Of a DNA stretch of 64,000 bases, positions 28,541 through 39,158 are shown piece after piece (position 1 is the stretch's first letter; each line of letters starts with the position of its first letter). Position numbers and translations under genes: made by a program. Below the pieces are notes generated by a model that did no database searches, was not told the DNA's origin, and saw only the letters and a program-made list of their open reading frames with translations. Source of the stretch: an uncultured Eubacterium sp. (GTDB lineage Bacteria > Bacillota > Clostridia > Oscillospirales > Acutalibacteraceae); NCBI GenBank assembly GCA_944385025.1, contig CALWVQ010000021.1, positions 15,243-79,242 of the forward strand, read 5' to 3'.

Positions 28541-29836
28541 CTAATAGGGTTTAATTATATTTTTAAGGTCATTAACTGTAATATCACTTTCGGAATTGCT
28601 ACCTGTTTTAGCCAGATAAACAAATCCGTTATTGCTGTATATTTCCGAATATCCCGAATAGTTTTGTGAATCATATGCAGATTTAAAAACTGTTACAATT
28701 TCAAACTGCATATTTTTACCGTCATAGACAATAAGCTTTCTTGTATTTACGTCATACTTAAAAGTATAATCTTCTAACTGTTTTTTTGAAAGGACTACTG
28801 AATAACTGTCTCTTTTACAAGAAACAGTATAGCACTTATGCGTTAAAACCGTGTTGCCGTAAACCATCCAATCCTGCGCCGTCAAATGCTGCGGCAGTTT
28901 ACTGCGTTTGGCGTCGGTTGGTATTTCAATAACACCGTCGCCGTCAATATCCTTAGAATCGATCATACTTTGTCTTGCTGTATCAGATGTTCTGCCTGTA
29001 CTGTAACTATAAAAGGGAGAAACTATGCTGTCATAATAATTTGACCAGTATATAAGTTCGGTAACCATCGAATCACCGTCTGAACGAACAGCATCTGCGT
29101 AAACGCTGACGCCTTGGTCAGTCTCACCCACTACAATTGAGGAAAATGAATTGATTGAACCGTCAAGCTTCGTTTCACCGATAAGTTTTCTGCTGTTAGA
29201 GCTGTAAGAATATAGCCTTGCTGTTGGCGACAGCGTTGAAGAACCAAAGCTGAACACCAGTACATCTGTGACGCCGTCCTCATTTACGTCGGCACAGATA
29301 AATTCGCCCGCGGTAACACTGTCTCCGATTGGTTCTAATGAATATCCGCTATCATCTGAAATCTGCCTGTATACATCAAGATTAAAATTAGTAGATTTTG
29401 AAATAAGACTCCAGCATACAAGTATTTCAATTTCGCCGTCGTTATTTACGTCACAAAAGTCTACAGAATTCACGTCTGTGCCATTGCCTGTAACATTGTA
29501 AACAACTTTCCAGTTATCGTCCTGCTTATTAAGGACAGCCATATCAATAGTGCCAAGCTTATCCGACGGTTCATAAAAAGCAATTGCTTCGTTTTCACCG
29601 TCATTGTTAAGGTCATAGAAAATAAAAGATGTGGTATACTCGCCGCTTGAAGGTATCTTGATTAAATATCCGTTTTTGCAATATTGTTCAACAGCGGTTT
29701 TAACTGCATCGTTTTCACCGCTTGGCGACACGGGAGAAATAAGATCATCAATAGATGTTGAAAGGCGAAAACTGCTGCAACCTGAAAAAGCAAAAATCAT
29801 AATCAAAACAAGTAACAGAATTTTAAACTTTTTCAC
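28541..29836 (-). CDS. Lipoprotein with FG-GAP/VCBS-like Ca-binding repeats
   Basis: 431 aa. GTG start with AAGGGGAG RBS. Lipobox FAFSGC. Four DxNxDGxxE-type loops (DLNNDGENE, DVNNDGEIE, DVNEDGVTD, DIDGDGVIE). Confidence 0.7.
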   Translation of the reverse strand: MKKFKILLLVLIMIFAFSGCSSFRLSTSIDDLISPVSPSGENDAVKTAVEQYCKNGYLIKIPSSGEYTTSFIFYDLNNDGENEAIAFYEPSDKLGTIDMAVLNKQDDNWKVVYNVTGNGTDVNSVDFCDVNNDGEIEILVCWSLISKSTNFNLDVYRQISDDSGYSLEPIGDSVTAGEFICADVNEDGVTDVLVFSFGSSTLSPTARLYSYSSNSRKLIGETKLDGSINSFSSIVVGETDQGVSVYADAVRSDGDSMVTELIYWSNYYDSIVSPFYSYSTGRTSDTARQSMIDSKDIDGDGVIEIPTDAKRSKLPQHLTAQDWMVYGNTVLTHKCYTVSCKRDSYSVVLSKKQLEDYTFKYDVNTRKLIVYDGKNMQFEIVTVFKSAYDSQNYSGYSEIYSNNGFVYLAKTGSNSESDITVNDLKNIIKPY

Positions 29837-29940
29837 TTATTTGCTCCCCTTTCAGCACACATTTACAACATTATAACAGAAATTTGCAATAAAATAAATA
29901 TATAATTTTAATTTATTACAAAAATTATTGATAATATTAC

Positions 29941-29973
29941 AAAAAAGCAAAAAGGACAGGCATAGCCTGTCCT
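29941..29973 (-). terminator. Rho-independent terminator after the uracil permease gene
   Basis: Stem aggacaggc/gcctgtcct with an ata loop, followed by a U-run on the minus strand (tttttgctttttt). Confidence 0.75.
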
Positions 29974-29989
29974 ATAATTGCAATTATAT

Positions 29990-31369
29990 TTATTTTTCTT
30001 CTTCCAAATTTATTTGTCCTGTTTTTGTATCGGCTTGAAATGCTTTTTCCGGATCGAAATCTTTTTCAGGGAAGATAAGATTGAGAACGATACCTGCAAT
30101 AGAAGCACAGGCAAGCGCTGTAAGAGTAATTGTAGCGCCCTTAATTGTAAATGTAATTCCACCGCTTAATCCGAGAGCTACAACAAGAATTACAGCTGCA
30201 ATTATTGTATTTCTTGCCTTTGAAAAGTCAACTTTTGCCTCAACAACATTTCTTACACCTATAGCAGAAATCATACCGTAAAGAACAAAAGATATACCGC
30301 CTACAACAGATGAAGGGATGGACTCGATGATTGCAGCAAATTTGGGGCAGAAAGAAAACAGCATTGCAAAATATGCAGCAATACGAATTACTCGAGGATC
30401 GTAAACTTTTGAAAGAGCAAGAACACCTGTGTTTTCACCATAAGTTGTATTTGCAGGTCCGCCGAATAAAGCTGCCATTGAAGTTGCAAGTCCGTCGCCT
30501 AAAAGAGTTCTGTGAAGACCGGGGTCATTAATATAGTTCTTTCCGACGGTAGCTGAAATCGCAGAAATATCGCCGATATGCTCCATAATTGTAGCTATAG
30601 CAATCGGCATAATAGCGATAATAGCAGAGATAGCCTTTGAACTGTCGTGAACACCGCCGAAAACAGTAGATGACCATTCAATCGGGAAACCGATCCAAGC
30701 AGCCTCTTTTACTTGAGTAAAATCAATTGTGAAACTTTCTACGCCGCCGACATTGCCGACAAGAATTGCAACAACGTATGCGCCGATAATACCGAGAAGG
30801 ATAGGAATAATTTTAATCATACCCTTACCGAAAATGTTGAATACAATTACAAGTACAAGGGCAACAAGTGCAAGCCACCAGTTAGTTGAGCAGTTGCTTA
30901 CGGCAGAGGGCGCAAGTCCCAAACCGATAGCAATAATAATTGGACCTGTAACAACCGGAGGGAACAGTTTCATTACCTTGTTAATACCAATGATTTTAAT
31001 AAGAGCAGCAATAACAAGATAAACCAAACCTGCACAGGCTACACCGAGGCAAGCATAAGGAAGCATTTCCTTGTTAGCGGCGCCGTCGGCAGACATAGGA
31101 GCAACTGCCGCATAACCGCCTAAAAACGCAAATGATGAGCCTAAAAATGCAGGCACCTTAAACTTTGTTATGCAATGGAAAAGAAATGTGCCGAGTCCTG
31201 CAAAAAGAAGTGTAGTTGAAATATCAAGTCCGGTAAGAAGCGGAACTGTTACTGTAGCGCCGAACATAGCAAACATATGCTGGAATCCCAGAAGAACCAT
31301 TCTGCCTGTTCCAAGCTGGCGAGCGTCATAAATTCCGTCTTTACCAACCTTAAGTTTTGTTTTAGCCAT
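29990..31369 (-). CDS. pyrP: Uracil permease (NCS2/uracil-xanthine permease family)
   Basis: 459 aa, polytopic. LGFQHMFAMFGATVTVPLL and GENTGVLA motifs. It sits 18 nt downstream of upp. Confidence 0.85.
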   Translation of the reverse strand: MAKTKLKVGKDGIYDARQLGTGRMVLLGFQHMFAMFGATVTVPLLTGLDISTTLLFAGLGTFLFHCITKFKVPAFLGSSFAFLGGYAAVAPMSADGAANKEMLPYACLGVACAGLVYLVIAALIKIIGINKVMKLFPPVVTGPIIIAIGLGLAPSAVSNCSTNWWLALVALVLVIVFNIFGKGMIKIIPILLGIIGAYVVAILVGNVGGVESFTIDFTQVKEAAWIGFPIEWSSTVFGGVHDSSKAISAIIAIMPIAIATIMEHIGDISAISATVGKNYINDPGLHRTLLGDGLATSMAALFGGPANTTYGENTGVLALSKVYDPRVIRIAAYFAMLFSFCPKFAAIIESIPSSVVGGISFVLYGMISAIGVRNVVEAKVDFSKARNTIIAAVILVVALGLSGGITFTIKGATITLTALACASIAGIVLNLIFPEKDFDPEKAFQADTKTGQINLEEEK

Positions 31370-31387
31370 ATTTATACCTCGCTTTTA

Positions 31388-32020
31388 TTATTTTGTTCCG
31401 AAAATTCTGTCACCGGCATCACCTAAACCGGGAATTATATAACAGTCATCATTTAATTTTTCATCGAGAGCAGCACAGTAAATATCAACATCAGGATGTG
31501 CCTTTTCAAGAGCTTCGAGACCTTCCGGCGCAGCAATGGTACACATAAAGACAATTTTTCTCGGCTTTCTCAATTTAATCTGACTGATAGCATCCACAGC
31601 TGAGCCGCCTGTGGCAAGCATCGGGTCAACTACAAAAACGTCTCTCTCCTCAATATCCTTGGGAAGTTTGCAGTAATACTCCACAGGGGTATGAGTAGTT
31701 TCGTCACGATAAAGACCGATATGACCTACTCTCGCAGAGGGTACTAATTTGAGACAGCCGTCAACCATTCCCAATCCAGCACGCAGAATTGGTACAAATG
31801 CAAGTTTTCTGCCTGCAAGCTGATGACATTTTGCAATACCGCACGGAGTTTTAACTTCAATTTCTTCCATCGGCAAATCTCTTGTAGCCTCAAACATCAT
31901 AAGCATTGATATTTCGTTGATAAGCTCACGAAAATCTTTAGTAGTAGTATTTTCATCACGCAAAATACTTAACTTATGCTGAATGAGAGGATGATCAAAA
32001 ATAACAACTTTTCTGTCCAT
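31388..32020 (-). CDS. upp: Uracil phosphoribosyltransferase
   Basis: 210 aa. [46 protein letters not shown]. Confidence 0.95.
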   Translation of the reverse strand: MDRKVVIFDHPLIQHKLSILRDENTTTKDFRELINEISMLMMFEATRDLPMEEIEVKTPCGIAKCHQLAGRKLAFVPILRAGLGMVDGCLKLVPSARVGHIGLYRDETTHTPVEYYCKLPKDIEERDVFVVDPMLATGGSAVDAISQIKLRKPRKIVFMCTIAAPEGLEALEKAHPDVDIYCAALDEKLNDDCYIIPGLGDAGDRIFGTK

Positions 32021-32100
32021 TTCTTTTCTCCTTCGACATATTTTTTCTAAAGAATTTTAACACAATTAATATTATTTCTCAATATTTGTTACAACAATGT

Positions 32101-32130
32101 AATAAAAAAACAGAGAGCATTTACTCTCTG
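32101..32130 (-). terminator. Rho-independent terminator after uvrA
   Basis: Stem cagagag/ctctctg, 3 nt after the uvrA stop, followed by a 7-U run on the minus strand. Confidence 0.7.
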
Positions 32131-32133
32131 TTT

Positions 32134-34950
32134 TTAAAGGCATTTTTTCAAATACTGTCCCGTATAGGATTTTTTACATTTTGCCACTTCTTCGGGAGTA
32201 CCCGTGCAGACAATTTTACCGCCGCCTTTTCCGCCTTCGGGACCAAGATCAATTATATAGTCGGCAGTTTTAATAACATCAAGATTGTGTTCAATAACAA
32301 GGACTGTGTTTCCGCTGTCCACAAGCATATTTAATACATTGATTAGCCTGTGAACGTCTGCTGTATGAAGTCCGGTTGTAGGCTCGTCAAGAATATATAT
32401 TGTTTTACCTGTGCTCCTTTTTGAAAGCTCTGTAGCAAGTTTAACACGCTGTGCCTCGCCTCCCGACAAGGTTGTAGCGCTTTGTCCGATTTTTATATAT
32501 CCGAGACCCACATCTGACAAAGTTTTGAGTTTATTACAAATTTTAGGCTGCTGTGCAAAAAACTCAACGCCCTCATCCACAGTCATTTCAAGAACATCAA
32601 AAATTGATTTACCTTTAAATTTAACATCAAGAGTTTCACGATTATATCTTTTGCCGCCGCAAACCTCGCAGGGAACATATACATCAGCAAGAAAATGCAT
32701 TTCTATTTTAACGATACCGTCGCCCTGACAGGCTTCGCAGCGTCCGCCTTTAACATTAAACGAAAAACGGTTTGCCTTATATCCCCTCTGCTTTGAGTCT
32801 GGAGTTTGGGCGTAAAGCTCGCGAATATCGTTAAATACACCTGTATAGGTTGCAGGGTTAGAACGTGGGGTTCTGCCGATAGGCGACTGGTCAATATTGA
32901 TAACCTTGTCAAGATTGTCAACGCCTGTCATTTTGTCAAACTTGCCTGCTCTTTTTTTAGCTCCGTTTAAAACAGATGACAAGTGTTTATTTAGAATTTC
33001 ATTTACAAGACTTGATTTTCCCGAACCAGAAACTCCTGTAATGGCAACAAATTTGCCTAATGGGATTTCAACGTCTATACCCTTTAAATTGTTTTCACGG
33101 GCGTTATAAACAGTAAGTTTTTTGCCGTTTCCCTCTCTCCTTTTTTCAGGAACGGGAATTTTTCTTTTACCGCTTAAATACATACCTGTTATAGAGTTTT
33201 CACAGTTGATAATGTCGTCAACAGTTCCCTGTGCAATAAGTTCGCCACCGTGAACACCTGCACCCGGACCAATATCGACAATGTAATCGGCACTTCGCAT
33301 AGTGTCCTCATCGTGTTCAACAACGATAAGAGTGTTTCCCAAATCTCTCAAGTGCTTGAGAGTTCCCAGCAGTTTATCATTATCCCTTTGGTGCAAACCG
33401 ATTGAAGGCTCGTCAAGAATATACAAAACGCCCATAAGAGACGAACCTATTTGCGTTGCAAGTCTGATCCTTTGAGCCTCTCCACCTGAAAGTGTAGAAG
33501 CCTCACGTGCAAGTGAAAGGTAGTCGAGCCCCACACTGTTAAGAAATTCCAGTCTTTCTCTGATTTCGTTTATAACAAGAGTTCCGATAAGTTTTTCCCT
33601 ATCGGTAAGCTGAAGATTTTTAATAAACTCCAGTTCTTCGTTAATTGGCATACTGCAAAATTCATATATGTTCAGACCGCCTACGGTTACGCTCATAATC
33701 TCAGGGGTTAATCTTGAACCGTGACAATCAGGACAAACGCAGGTAGTCATTACGCTTTCAATATCTGCTCTCGCCCAGTCAGACGTTGTTTCGTTATACC
33801 GTCTTTGAAGATTTGATATAATTCCCTCAAACTCGTTTTTATAGGTTCCCGTGCCGTAAGAGGTTACTCTCTTCATACTTATTTTTTTGCCGTTGGTACC
33901 GTAAAGAATTGCGTTTAATCCCTCTTGACTAATCATTTCAATAGGAACATCAAGAGAGAAACCATACTCCTTGGCAAGTCCCTCATAATACATTTTGGCT
34001 ATTGAACCGTCGTTTACATTCCAGCCCGACGCCTTAATAGCGCCTTGATTAATGGACAGCTTTTTGTTAGGAATAATCAATTCAGGTGCAATTTCTTTAT
34101 ATGAGCCCAAGCCCGAACACTTTTTACAAGCGCCGAAAGGATTATTAAAAGAAAACATACGAGGACTCATTTCCTCAATTACGGCGCCGTGCTCGGGACA
34201 GGCGTAATTAAGGGAAAACATTTCTTCCCTGTCTCCCACTATGTCTATAATTACCGTTCCCTCTGAAAGCTGAGTTGCCGTTTCTATTGAATCGGCAAGA
34301 CGTGATTTAATATCTTCTTTTATAACAAGTCTGTCAACAATAACCTCTATATTGTGCTTTTTATTTTTATCAAGCTTTATTTCTTCGGACAAATCATAAA
34401 CAGAGCCGTCAATTCGCACACGTACAAAGCCTGATTTTCGTACAGAATCAAGCTCTTTAACGTATTCGCCCTTACGTCCGCGGACTATCGGCGACATAAC
34501 CTGAATTTTTGTCTTTTCCTCCAGCTCCATAACTGTATCAACAATTTGGTCAACGGTTTGCTGTGTTATCTCCCTGCCGCATTTAATACAGTGCGGGATA
34601 CCTATTCTTGCGTAGAGAAGTCGCAGATAGTCATAAATCTCCGTTACTGTGCCGACAGTTGAACGGGGATTTCGGCTGGTAGTTTTTTGGTCGATGGAAA
34701 TAGCGGGGGAAAGTCCGTCAATATAATCTACATCGGGCTTTTCCATTTGACCTAAAAACTGCCTTGCGTACGATGACAGGCTTTCTACATATCTACGCTG
34801 TCCTTCGGCATATATAGTATCAAAAGCAAGACTTGATTTACCGGAACCTGAAAGTCCTGTAAAAACAATCAGCTTGTCTCTGGGTATTTCCACGTCAATA
34901 TTTTTAAGGTTATGCTCTCTTGCACCTTTTATAACTATATTTTTATTCAT
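32134..34950 (-). CDS. uvrA: Excinuclease ABC subunit A
   Basis: 938 aa. Two ABC modules ([24 protein letters not shown], two LSGGEAQR signatures) and zinc-finger cysteines. Confidence 0.97.
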   Translation of the reverse strand: MNKNIVIKGAREHNLKNIDVEIPRDKLIVFTGLSGSGKSSLAFDTIYAEGQRRYVESLSSYARQFLGQMEKPDVDYIDGLSPAISIDQKTTSRNPRSTVGTVTEIYDYLRLLYARIGIPHCIKCGREITQQTVDQIVDTVMELEEKTKIQVMSPIVRGRKGEYVKELDSVRKSGFVRVRIDGSVYDLSEEIKLDKNKKHNIEVIVDRLVIKEDIKSRLADSIETATQLSEGTVIIDIVGDREEMFSLNYACPEHGAVIEEMSPRMFSFNNPFGACKKCSGLGSYKEIAPELIIPNKKLSINQGAIKASGWNVNDGSIAKMYYEGLAKEYGFSLDVPIEMISQEGLNAILYGTNGKKISMKRVTSYGTGTYKNEFEGIISNLQRRYNETTSDWARADIESVMTTCVCPDCHGSRLTPEIMSVTVGGLNIYEFCSMPINEELEFIKNLQLTDREKLIGTLVINEIRERLEFLNSVGLDYLSLAREASTLSGGEAQRIRLATQIGSSLMGVLYILDEPSIGLHQRDNDKLLGTLKHLRDLGNTLIVVEHDEDTMRSADYIVDIGPGAGVHGGELIAQGTVDDIINCENSITGMYLSGKRKIPVPEKRREGNGKKLTVYNARENNLKGIDVEIPLGKFVAITGVSGSGKSSLVNEILNKHLSSVLNGAKKRAGKFDKMTGVDNLDKVINIDQSPIGRTPRSNPATYTGVFNDIRELYAQTPDSKQRGYKANRFSFNVKGGRCEACQGDGIVKIEMHFLADVYVPCEVCGGKRYNRETLDVKFKGKSIFDVLEMTVDEGVEFFAQQPKICNKLKTLSDVGLGYIKIGQSATTLSGGEAQRVKLATELSKRSTGKTIYILDEPTTGLHTADVHRLINVLNMLVDSGNTVLVIEHNLDVIKTADYIIDLGPEGGKGGGKIVCTGTPEEVAKCKKSYTGQYLKKCL

Positions 34951-36361
34951 TGATGCTATCCTCCGATTTTAGCTTGTCAAGAGCCTCTATTCCCTCTTTA
35001 GTGACAGGCTTAATCCACTTTTTTGACAGATAGAATTTGAGTGTCATAATATTTTTAGGTATATCCTCGAAAATATACATAATTGCAAATGCCGCCACAA
35101 ACGGCACTTTAAACACATAAACAGAAATAATTGTTGCGGGAACTGAAAGCGCCCACAGACAAAACAGCTCCTGCTTTGCTCCTGTTACGGTATCTCCCCC
35201 TGCTCTGAACACTGCAACCACTTCGAGATACGGCAACATTCTGAAGGGAAAAGCGCACGCATATATAGACATAATAATAACGGCTGTATCTATGGCAACC
35301 TTACTTATATTATCGCCCATGTTGAATACGCTCACAAGCTGATGCCTGAAAATGACAATAAACACGGCAACTATTACTGCCAGAACAGGAACAATTATCA
35401 TAAATCTTTTTGAATCAACAAGTCCTCTTTCAATATTACCCTTTCCTATGGACTTGCCTATCATTACCGCAGCTGCACTGCTGATGCCTATGAACAAAAC
35501 GAACGATATGTTTTCAAAGCTTCTTAAAATAGTGAGAGCTGAAAAATATTCGTAACCCATATTGCCGTAAATAATGTTATACACAAAATTTCCTGCTCCC
35601 CACATACCTTCATTCAAAACTACGGGAGTGGCAATTTTGATGTAAGAAACAATTTCCTGCTTTGAAAAATTAAATATATTTTTAGGCTTATCAATTAAAA
35701 TGTTCTTTTTGGCAAGCGATACGATAACTACAAGAGCAAGACCCATCCACGCTGAAATAACCGTTGCAACAGCGGCGCCTTTAACGCCCATTTTCGGAAA
35801 ACCGAATTTACCGAAGATCATAGCATAGTCAAGTACAATATTGACAACTGTAGATAAACCCGAAACATACATCGGAAGTTTAACATTTTCAACTGCACGA
35901 AGAACCGCAGCCAAAATATTTGTAAGAGCAATAGGAATATAGGAAAGCGCTACATAGCGCAGATATTCGCTGCCCACGCTTATAATTTCAGCATCGGAAT
36001 TGAAAAGTTTTACAACTAACTGAGGGACTATAAGGCTGACAGCAGTAAAAAGCGTTGAAATTCCCAAGGCAAATACTGTGGAAATGCCCTCTACGTGACG
36101 TATTTTTTTCAAATCCTTGACGCCCCAAAACTGTGAAACGAATACAGTTGTAGCAGAGGCAAAGCCAATGAGTATCATATTCATAAGCCAAGCCCATTGA
36201 CCTACCATACCCACAGATGAAAGAGCAACCGTGCCCAAATTACTAACAAGTAAAGTATCAACGAGGGTGTATGAACTTGTAAGAAGATTTTGAATTACAA
36301 CAGGCAGAGTGAGCTTGAATGCAGTCACCCAAAAACCCTTGTCCTTAAATAGTGAAAACAT
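34943..36361 (-). CDS. MATE family efflux transporter (DinF/NorM-like)
   Basis: The start is taken at ATG 36361, 1 nt after the uvrB stop, with GGAG upstream; the ORF-track extension to 36418 overlaps uvrB. 472 aa, 12 TM segments, with the MatE-like N-terminus [24 protein letters not shown]. Confidence 0.85.
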   Translation of the reverse strand: MFSLFKDKGFWVTAFKLTLPVVIQNLLTSSYTLVDTLLVSNLGTVALSSVGMVGQWAWLMNMILIGFASATTVFVSQFWGVKDLKKIRHVEGISTVFALGISTLFTAVSLIVPQLVVKLFNSDAEIISVGSEYLRYVALSYIPIALTNILAAVLRAVENVKLPMYVSGLSTVVNIVLDYAMIFGKFGFPKMGVKGAAVATVISAWMGLALVVIVSLAKKNILIDKPKNIFNFSKQEIVSYIKIATPVVLNEGMWGAGNFVYNIIYGNMGYEYFSALTILRSFENISFVLFIGISSAAAVMIGKSIGKGNIERGLVDSKRFMIIVPVLAVIVAVFIVIFRHQLVSVFNMGDNISKVAIDTAVIIMSIYACAFPFRMLPYLEVVAVFRAGGDTVTGAKQELFCLWALSVPATIISVYVFKVPFVAAFAIMYIFEDIPKNIMTLKFYLSKKWIKPVTKEGIEALDKLKSEDSINE

Positions 36362-36362
36362 A

Positions 36363-38324
36363 TTATTTCTCCAGCTCTGCGATTTGGTCACGCAAAAATG
36401 CAGCGTGTTCAAATTCAAGCAGTCTTGCCGCCTCTCTCATTTCTTTTGTCAGCTCGCTGATAAGGAGCTGTTTTTCTTTCTTTGTAAGATGCTTTTTCTT
36501 GCCGTCAATTTTATCTTTAGAGGTGATTTCGATAATCTCACGAACGTCCTTCTTAATAGTTTTAGGAGTAATACCGTGTTCCTCGTTATATTTTTGCTGT
36601 ATTTCTCTTCTTCGTTCAGTTTCGGTAATTGCCCTTTCCATTGAAGGAGTTACGCAGTCAGCATACATAATTACTTCGCCGTTTTCATTTCTTGCGGCAC
36701 GTCCGATAGTCTGAACCAAAGATGTTTCGGAACGCAAAAATCCTTCTTTATCGGCGTCAAGTATAGCTACAAGAGATACCTCGGGAATATCGAGTCCTTC
36801 TCTCAAAAGATTGATGCCGACAAGTACGTCAAACTCACCAAGGCGCAAATCTCTGATAATTTCCATTCTTTCGATAGTATCAACGTCGTGGTGCATATAC
36901 CTTACTTTTACTCCGAAGCCCTCAAGATATTTTGTCAAATCCTCCGCCATAGCTTTTGTAAGGGTGGTTACAAGAACACGTTCTTTTTTATCAACTCTGA
37001 TATTGATTTCACTTAACAAATCGTCCATTTGGTCTTCTGTAGGCTTAACAGTAATAACAGGGTCAAGCAATCCTGTAGGACGAATAATCTGCTCAACAAT
37101 TCTTGTGCTGTGTTCTTTTTCAAATTCCTTTGGAGTTGCTGAAGTGAAAATGACTTGATTTACTTTGCCGTAAAACTCGTCAAACTGCAAAGGTCTGTTA
37201 TCAAGAGCGCTGGGAAGCCTAAATCCATACTCTACAAGGCTTTCCTTTCTTGCTCTGTCGCCTGCGTACATACCCCTTATTTGAGGAAGCATAACGTGGC
37301 TTTCATCGCAAAACAGAAGAAAATCATCAGGAAAATAATCTATAAGTGTAAAAGGAGCTTCTCCGGGTTTTCTGCCGCTCATTACTGCGGAGTAGTTTTC
37401 AATTCCTTTGCAAAATCCTGTTTCACGGAGCATTTCAATATCATTCATTGTACGCTCTTTAATTCTTTGAGCCTCAAGGAGCTTACCTTTCTCTTCAAAG
37501 TAAGCAACTCTCTCTACCATCTCGTTATAAATTTTGTCAATAGCTTTATTCATTTTTTCTGCGCCCACTACATAGTGAGAAGCAGGATAAAGACAAACGT
37601 GGGACAAAACGCCCTCAACCTTGCCTGTAAGCGGCTGAATTTCACATATTCTGTCAATTTCATCGCCGAAAAACTCAATTCTGATGGCGTTTCCTGAAGA
37701 GCCTGCAGGAAATACCTCAAGAGTATCTCCCCTAACTCTGAACTTATTTCGCACAAAGTTAATATCATTTCTCTCGTACTGAATAGAAACAAGTTTTTCA
37801 ATCAGTTTATCTCTGCCAAACTCCATACCGGTACGAAGAGAAATAACCATACTTTTGTAATCGATAGGGTCGCCGATTGAATAGATACAGGATACAGACG
37901 CAACAATTATAACATCTCTTCTTTCAAAAAGAGCAGCCGTCGCAGAGTGGCGAAGTTTGTCAATCTCATCGTTAATTGACGAATCCTTCTCAATATAAGT
38001 ATCTGTTGTAGGCACATATGCCTCAGGCTGATAATAGTCATAGTATGAAACGAAATACTCGACCGCATTTTCAGGGAAGAACTCTTTAAACTCACTGCAA
38101 AGCTGTGCCGCAAGAGTTTTATTGTGAGCCAAAACAAGAGTAGGACGATTTACCCTTTCAATAATATTTGCCATAGTAAACGTTTTACCTGAACCTGTAA
38201 CACCCATAAGCGTCTGCTCTTTGTCACCGTTTAACACGCCGTTTACAAGAGCATCAATAGCTTGAGGCTGGTCCCCTGTTGGTTTAAATTTGCTTACTAA
38301 TTTAAACTTGTCCATACTGTTCAC
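36363..38324 (-). CDS. uvrB: Excinuclease ABC subunit B
   Basis: 653 aa. [19 protein letters not shown], helicase motifs and a C-terminal UVR domain ([13 protein letters not shown]). Confidence 0.97.
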   Translation of the reverse strand: MNSMDKFKLVSKFKPTGDQPQAIDALVNGVLNGDKEQTLMGVTGSGKTFTMANIIERVNRPTLVLAHNKTLAAQLCSEFKEFFPENAVEYFVSYYDYYQPEAYVPTTDTYIEKDSSINDEIDKLRHSATAALFERRDVIIVASVSCIYSIGDPIDYKSMVISLRTGMEFGRDKLIEKLVSIQYERNDINFVRNKFRVRGDTLEVFPAGSSGNAIRIEFFGDEIDRICEIQPLTGKVEGVLSHVCLYPASHYVVGAEKMNKAIDKIYNEMVERVAYFEEKGKLLEAQRIKERTMNDIEMLRETGFCKGIENYSAVMSGRKPGEAPFTLIDYFPDDFLLFCDESHVMLPQIRGMYAGDRARKESLVEYGFRLPSALDNRPLQFDEFYGKVNQVIFTSATPKEFEKEHSTRIVEQIIRPTGLLDPVITVKPTEDQMDDLLSEINIRVDKKERVLVTTLTKAMAEDLTKYLEGFGVKVRYMHHDVDTIERMEIIRDLRLGEFDVLVGINLLREGLDIPEVSLVAILDADKEGFLRSETSLVQTIGRAARNENGEVIMYADCVTPSMERAITETERRREIQQKYNEEHGITPKTIKKDVREIIEITSKDKIDGKKKHLTKKEKQLLISELTKEMREAARLLEFEHAAFLRDQIAELEK

Positions 38325-38359
38325 CTACTCTGTTTTTAATATTTTTTCGCATTCACATT

Positions 38360-38388
38360 ATTATATGACATAAATGCGCTAAATTCAA
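38360..38388 (-). promoter_or_regulatory. Sigma-A-type promoter of uvrB
   Basis: The minus strand reads TTGAAT (38388-38383), 17 nt, TATAAT (38365-38360), about 35 nt upstream of the uvrB ATG. Confidence 0.6.
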
Positions 38389-38407
38389 GTATATTCACAA
38401 AAAAGAT

Positions 38408-38419
38408 GAACATTTGTTC
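38408..38419. promoter_or_regulatory. LexA (Cheo/SOS) box candidate
   Basis: GAACATTTGTTC is a perfect GAAC-N4-GTTC palindrome. It lies 20 nt upstream of the uvrB -35 and 50 nt upstream of the sigK ATG. Confidence 0.55.
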
Positions 38420-38468
38420 TGTGGTATAAAAGAAAACCAACCGGAATAAGATTTTTTAGGTGATGAAA

Positions 38469-39158
38469 ATGTTTAGCGCTATTATTTCAGCCATTGCGGC
38501 AAATTTTATTTATTTCATTTTACACATTCAAAATCCCTCAAGTTTTCCTAAACCTTTACCTCCTAAACAGGAAGCCGAAATGCTAAAAAAAATGGAACAG
38601 GGAGATAAAAATGCGAGAGCCGTTTTGATTGAAAGAAATTTAAGACTTGTAAGCCATATAGTAAAAAAATACTATTCTAAAACCAATGACAACGAGGATT
38701 TGATAAGCATAGGAACAATCGGCTTGATTAAGGCGATTGACAGCTATAAGCAGGAAAAAGGAACTAAATTGGCAACTTATGCCAGCAGATGTATAGAAAA
38801 CGAAATACTTATGTATTTCAGAAGCGGCAAAAAGCAGTCAAACGACGTGTATTTGGGTGATGCGCTGGAGGTTGATAAAGACGGAAATCCGTTAACTATT
38901 GAGGATACGGTAAGCAGTCCCGACGACTTGGCTGAAAATCTCGAAACAAAATTAAGCTGGCAAAAGGTTTCAAGATATATAAAAAATATGAGTGATGAAA
39001 GAGAACGGGAAATAATTATCTTAAGATATGGTCTAAATAACAAAAAGCCCCTGACGCAACGAGAAGTTGCACAGAGGCTTAACATTAGCAGAAGCTATGT
39101 ATCCCGCATTGAAAAAAAAGTTTTGCAGGACATTAAGAAAAATTTAGAGGACAATTAA
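38469..39158 (+). CDS. sigK: RNA polymerase sporulation sigma factor SigK (pro-sigma-K, uninterrupted)
   Basis: Hydrophobic pro-sequence followed by SSFPKPLPPKQE (compare the B. subtilis AFPQPLS junction), NLRLVSHIVKKYY, region 4 LTQREVAQRLNISRSYVSRIEKK. The start is taken at ATG 38469 (AGGTG RBS); alternatives are at 38460 and 38463. Confidence 0.85.
   Translation: MFSAIISAIAANFIYFILHIQNPSSFPKPLPPKQEAEMLKKMEQGDKNARAVLIERNLRLVSHIVKKYYSKTNDNEDLISIGTIGLIKAIDSYKQEKGTKLATYASRCIENEILMYFRSGKKQSNDVYLGDALEVDKDGNPLTIEDTVSSPDDLAENLETKLSWQKVSRYIKNMSDEREREIIILRYGLNNKKPLTQREVAQRLNISRSYVSRIEKKVLQDIKKNLEDN

Noticed and set aside
36362-36418. ORF-track N-terminal extensions: MATE to 36418, tepA-like to 9387, uppP to 16133, the uppP-like gene to 8529, rex from 12707, pyrI to 46625, pyrK to 50588, carA to 54856, the PPIase to 44557, GH4 from 56229 and dut to 63792.
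   Set aside because: The extensions start at TTG, GTG or upstream ATG codons without an RBS, and they often overlap the preceding gene. In each case an internal ATG with a good Shine-Dalgarno sequence reproduces the conserved family N-terminus.
36974-36983. GAACACGTTC palindrome inside uvrB, considered as a second LexA box.
   Set aside because: The spacing is 2 nt instead of 4, and it is deep inside coding sequence. It is most likely chance.
37155-37697. 180-aa plus-strand ORF antisense to uvrB. Similar long antisense ORFs occur at 42243-42719, 39548-39973, 10875-11273, 12172-12561, 36811-37158 and 16261-16620.
   Set aside because: All lie entirely inside well-supported conserved genes on the other strand. 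They have no RBS, low-complexity Phe/Leu/Ser/Lys-rich translations and no recognisable motifs. These are typical shadow ORFs.
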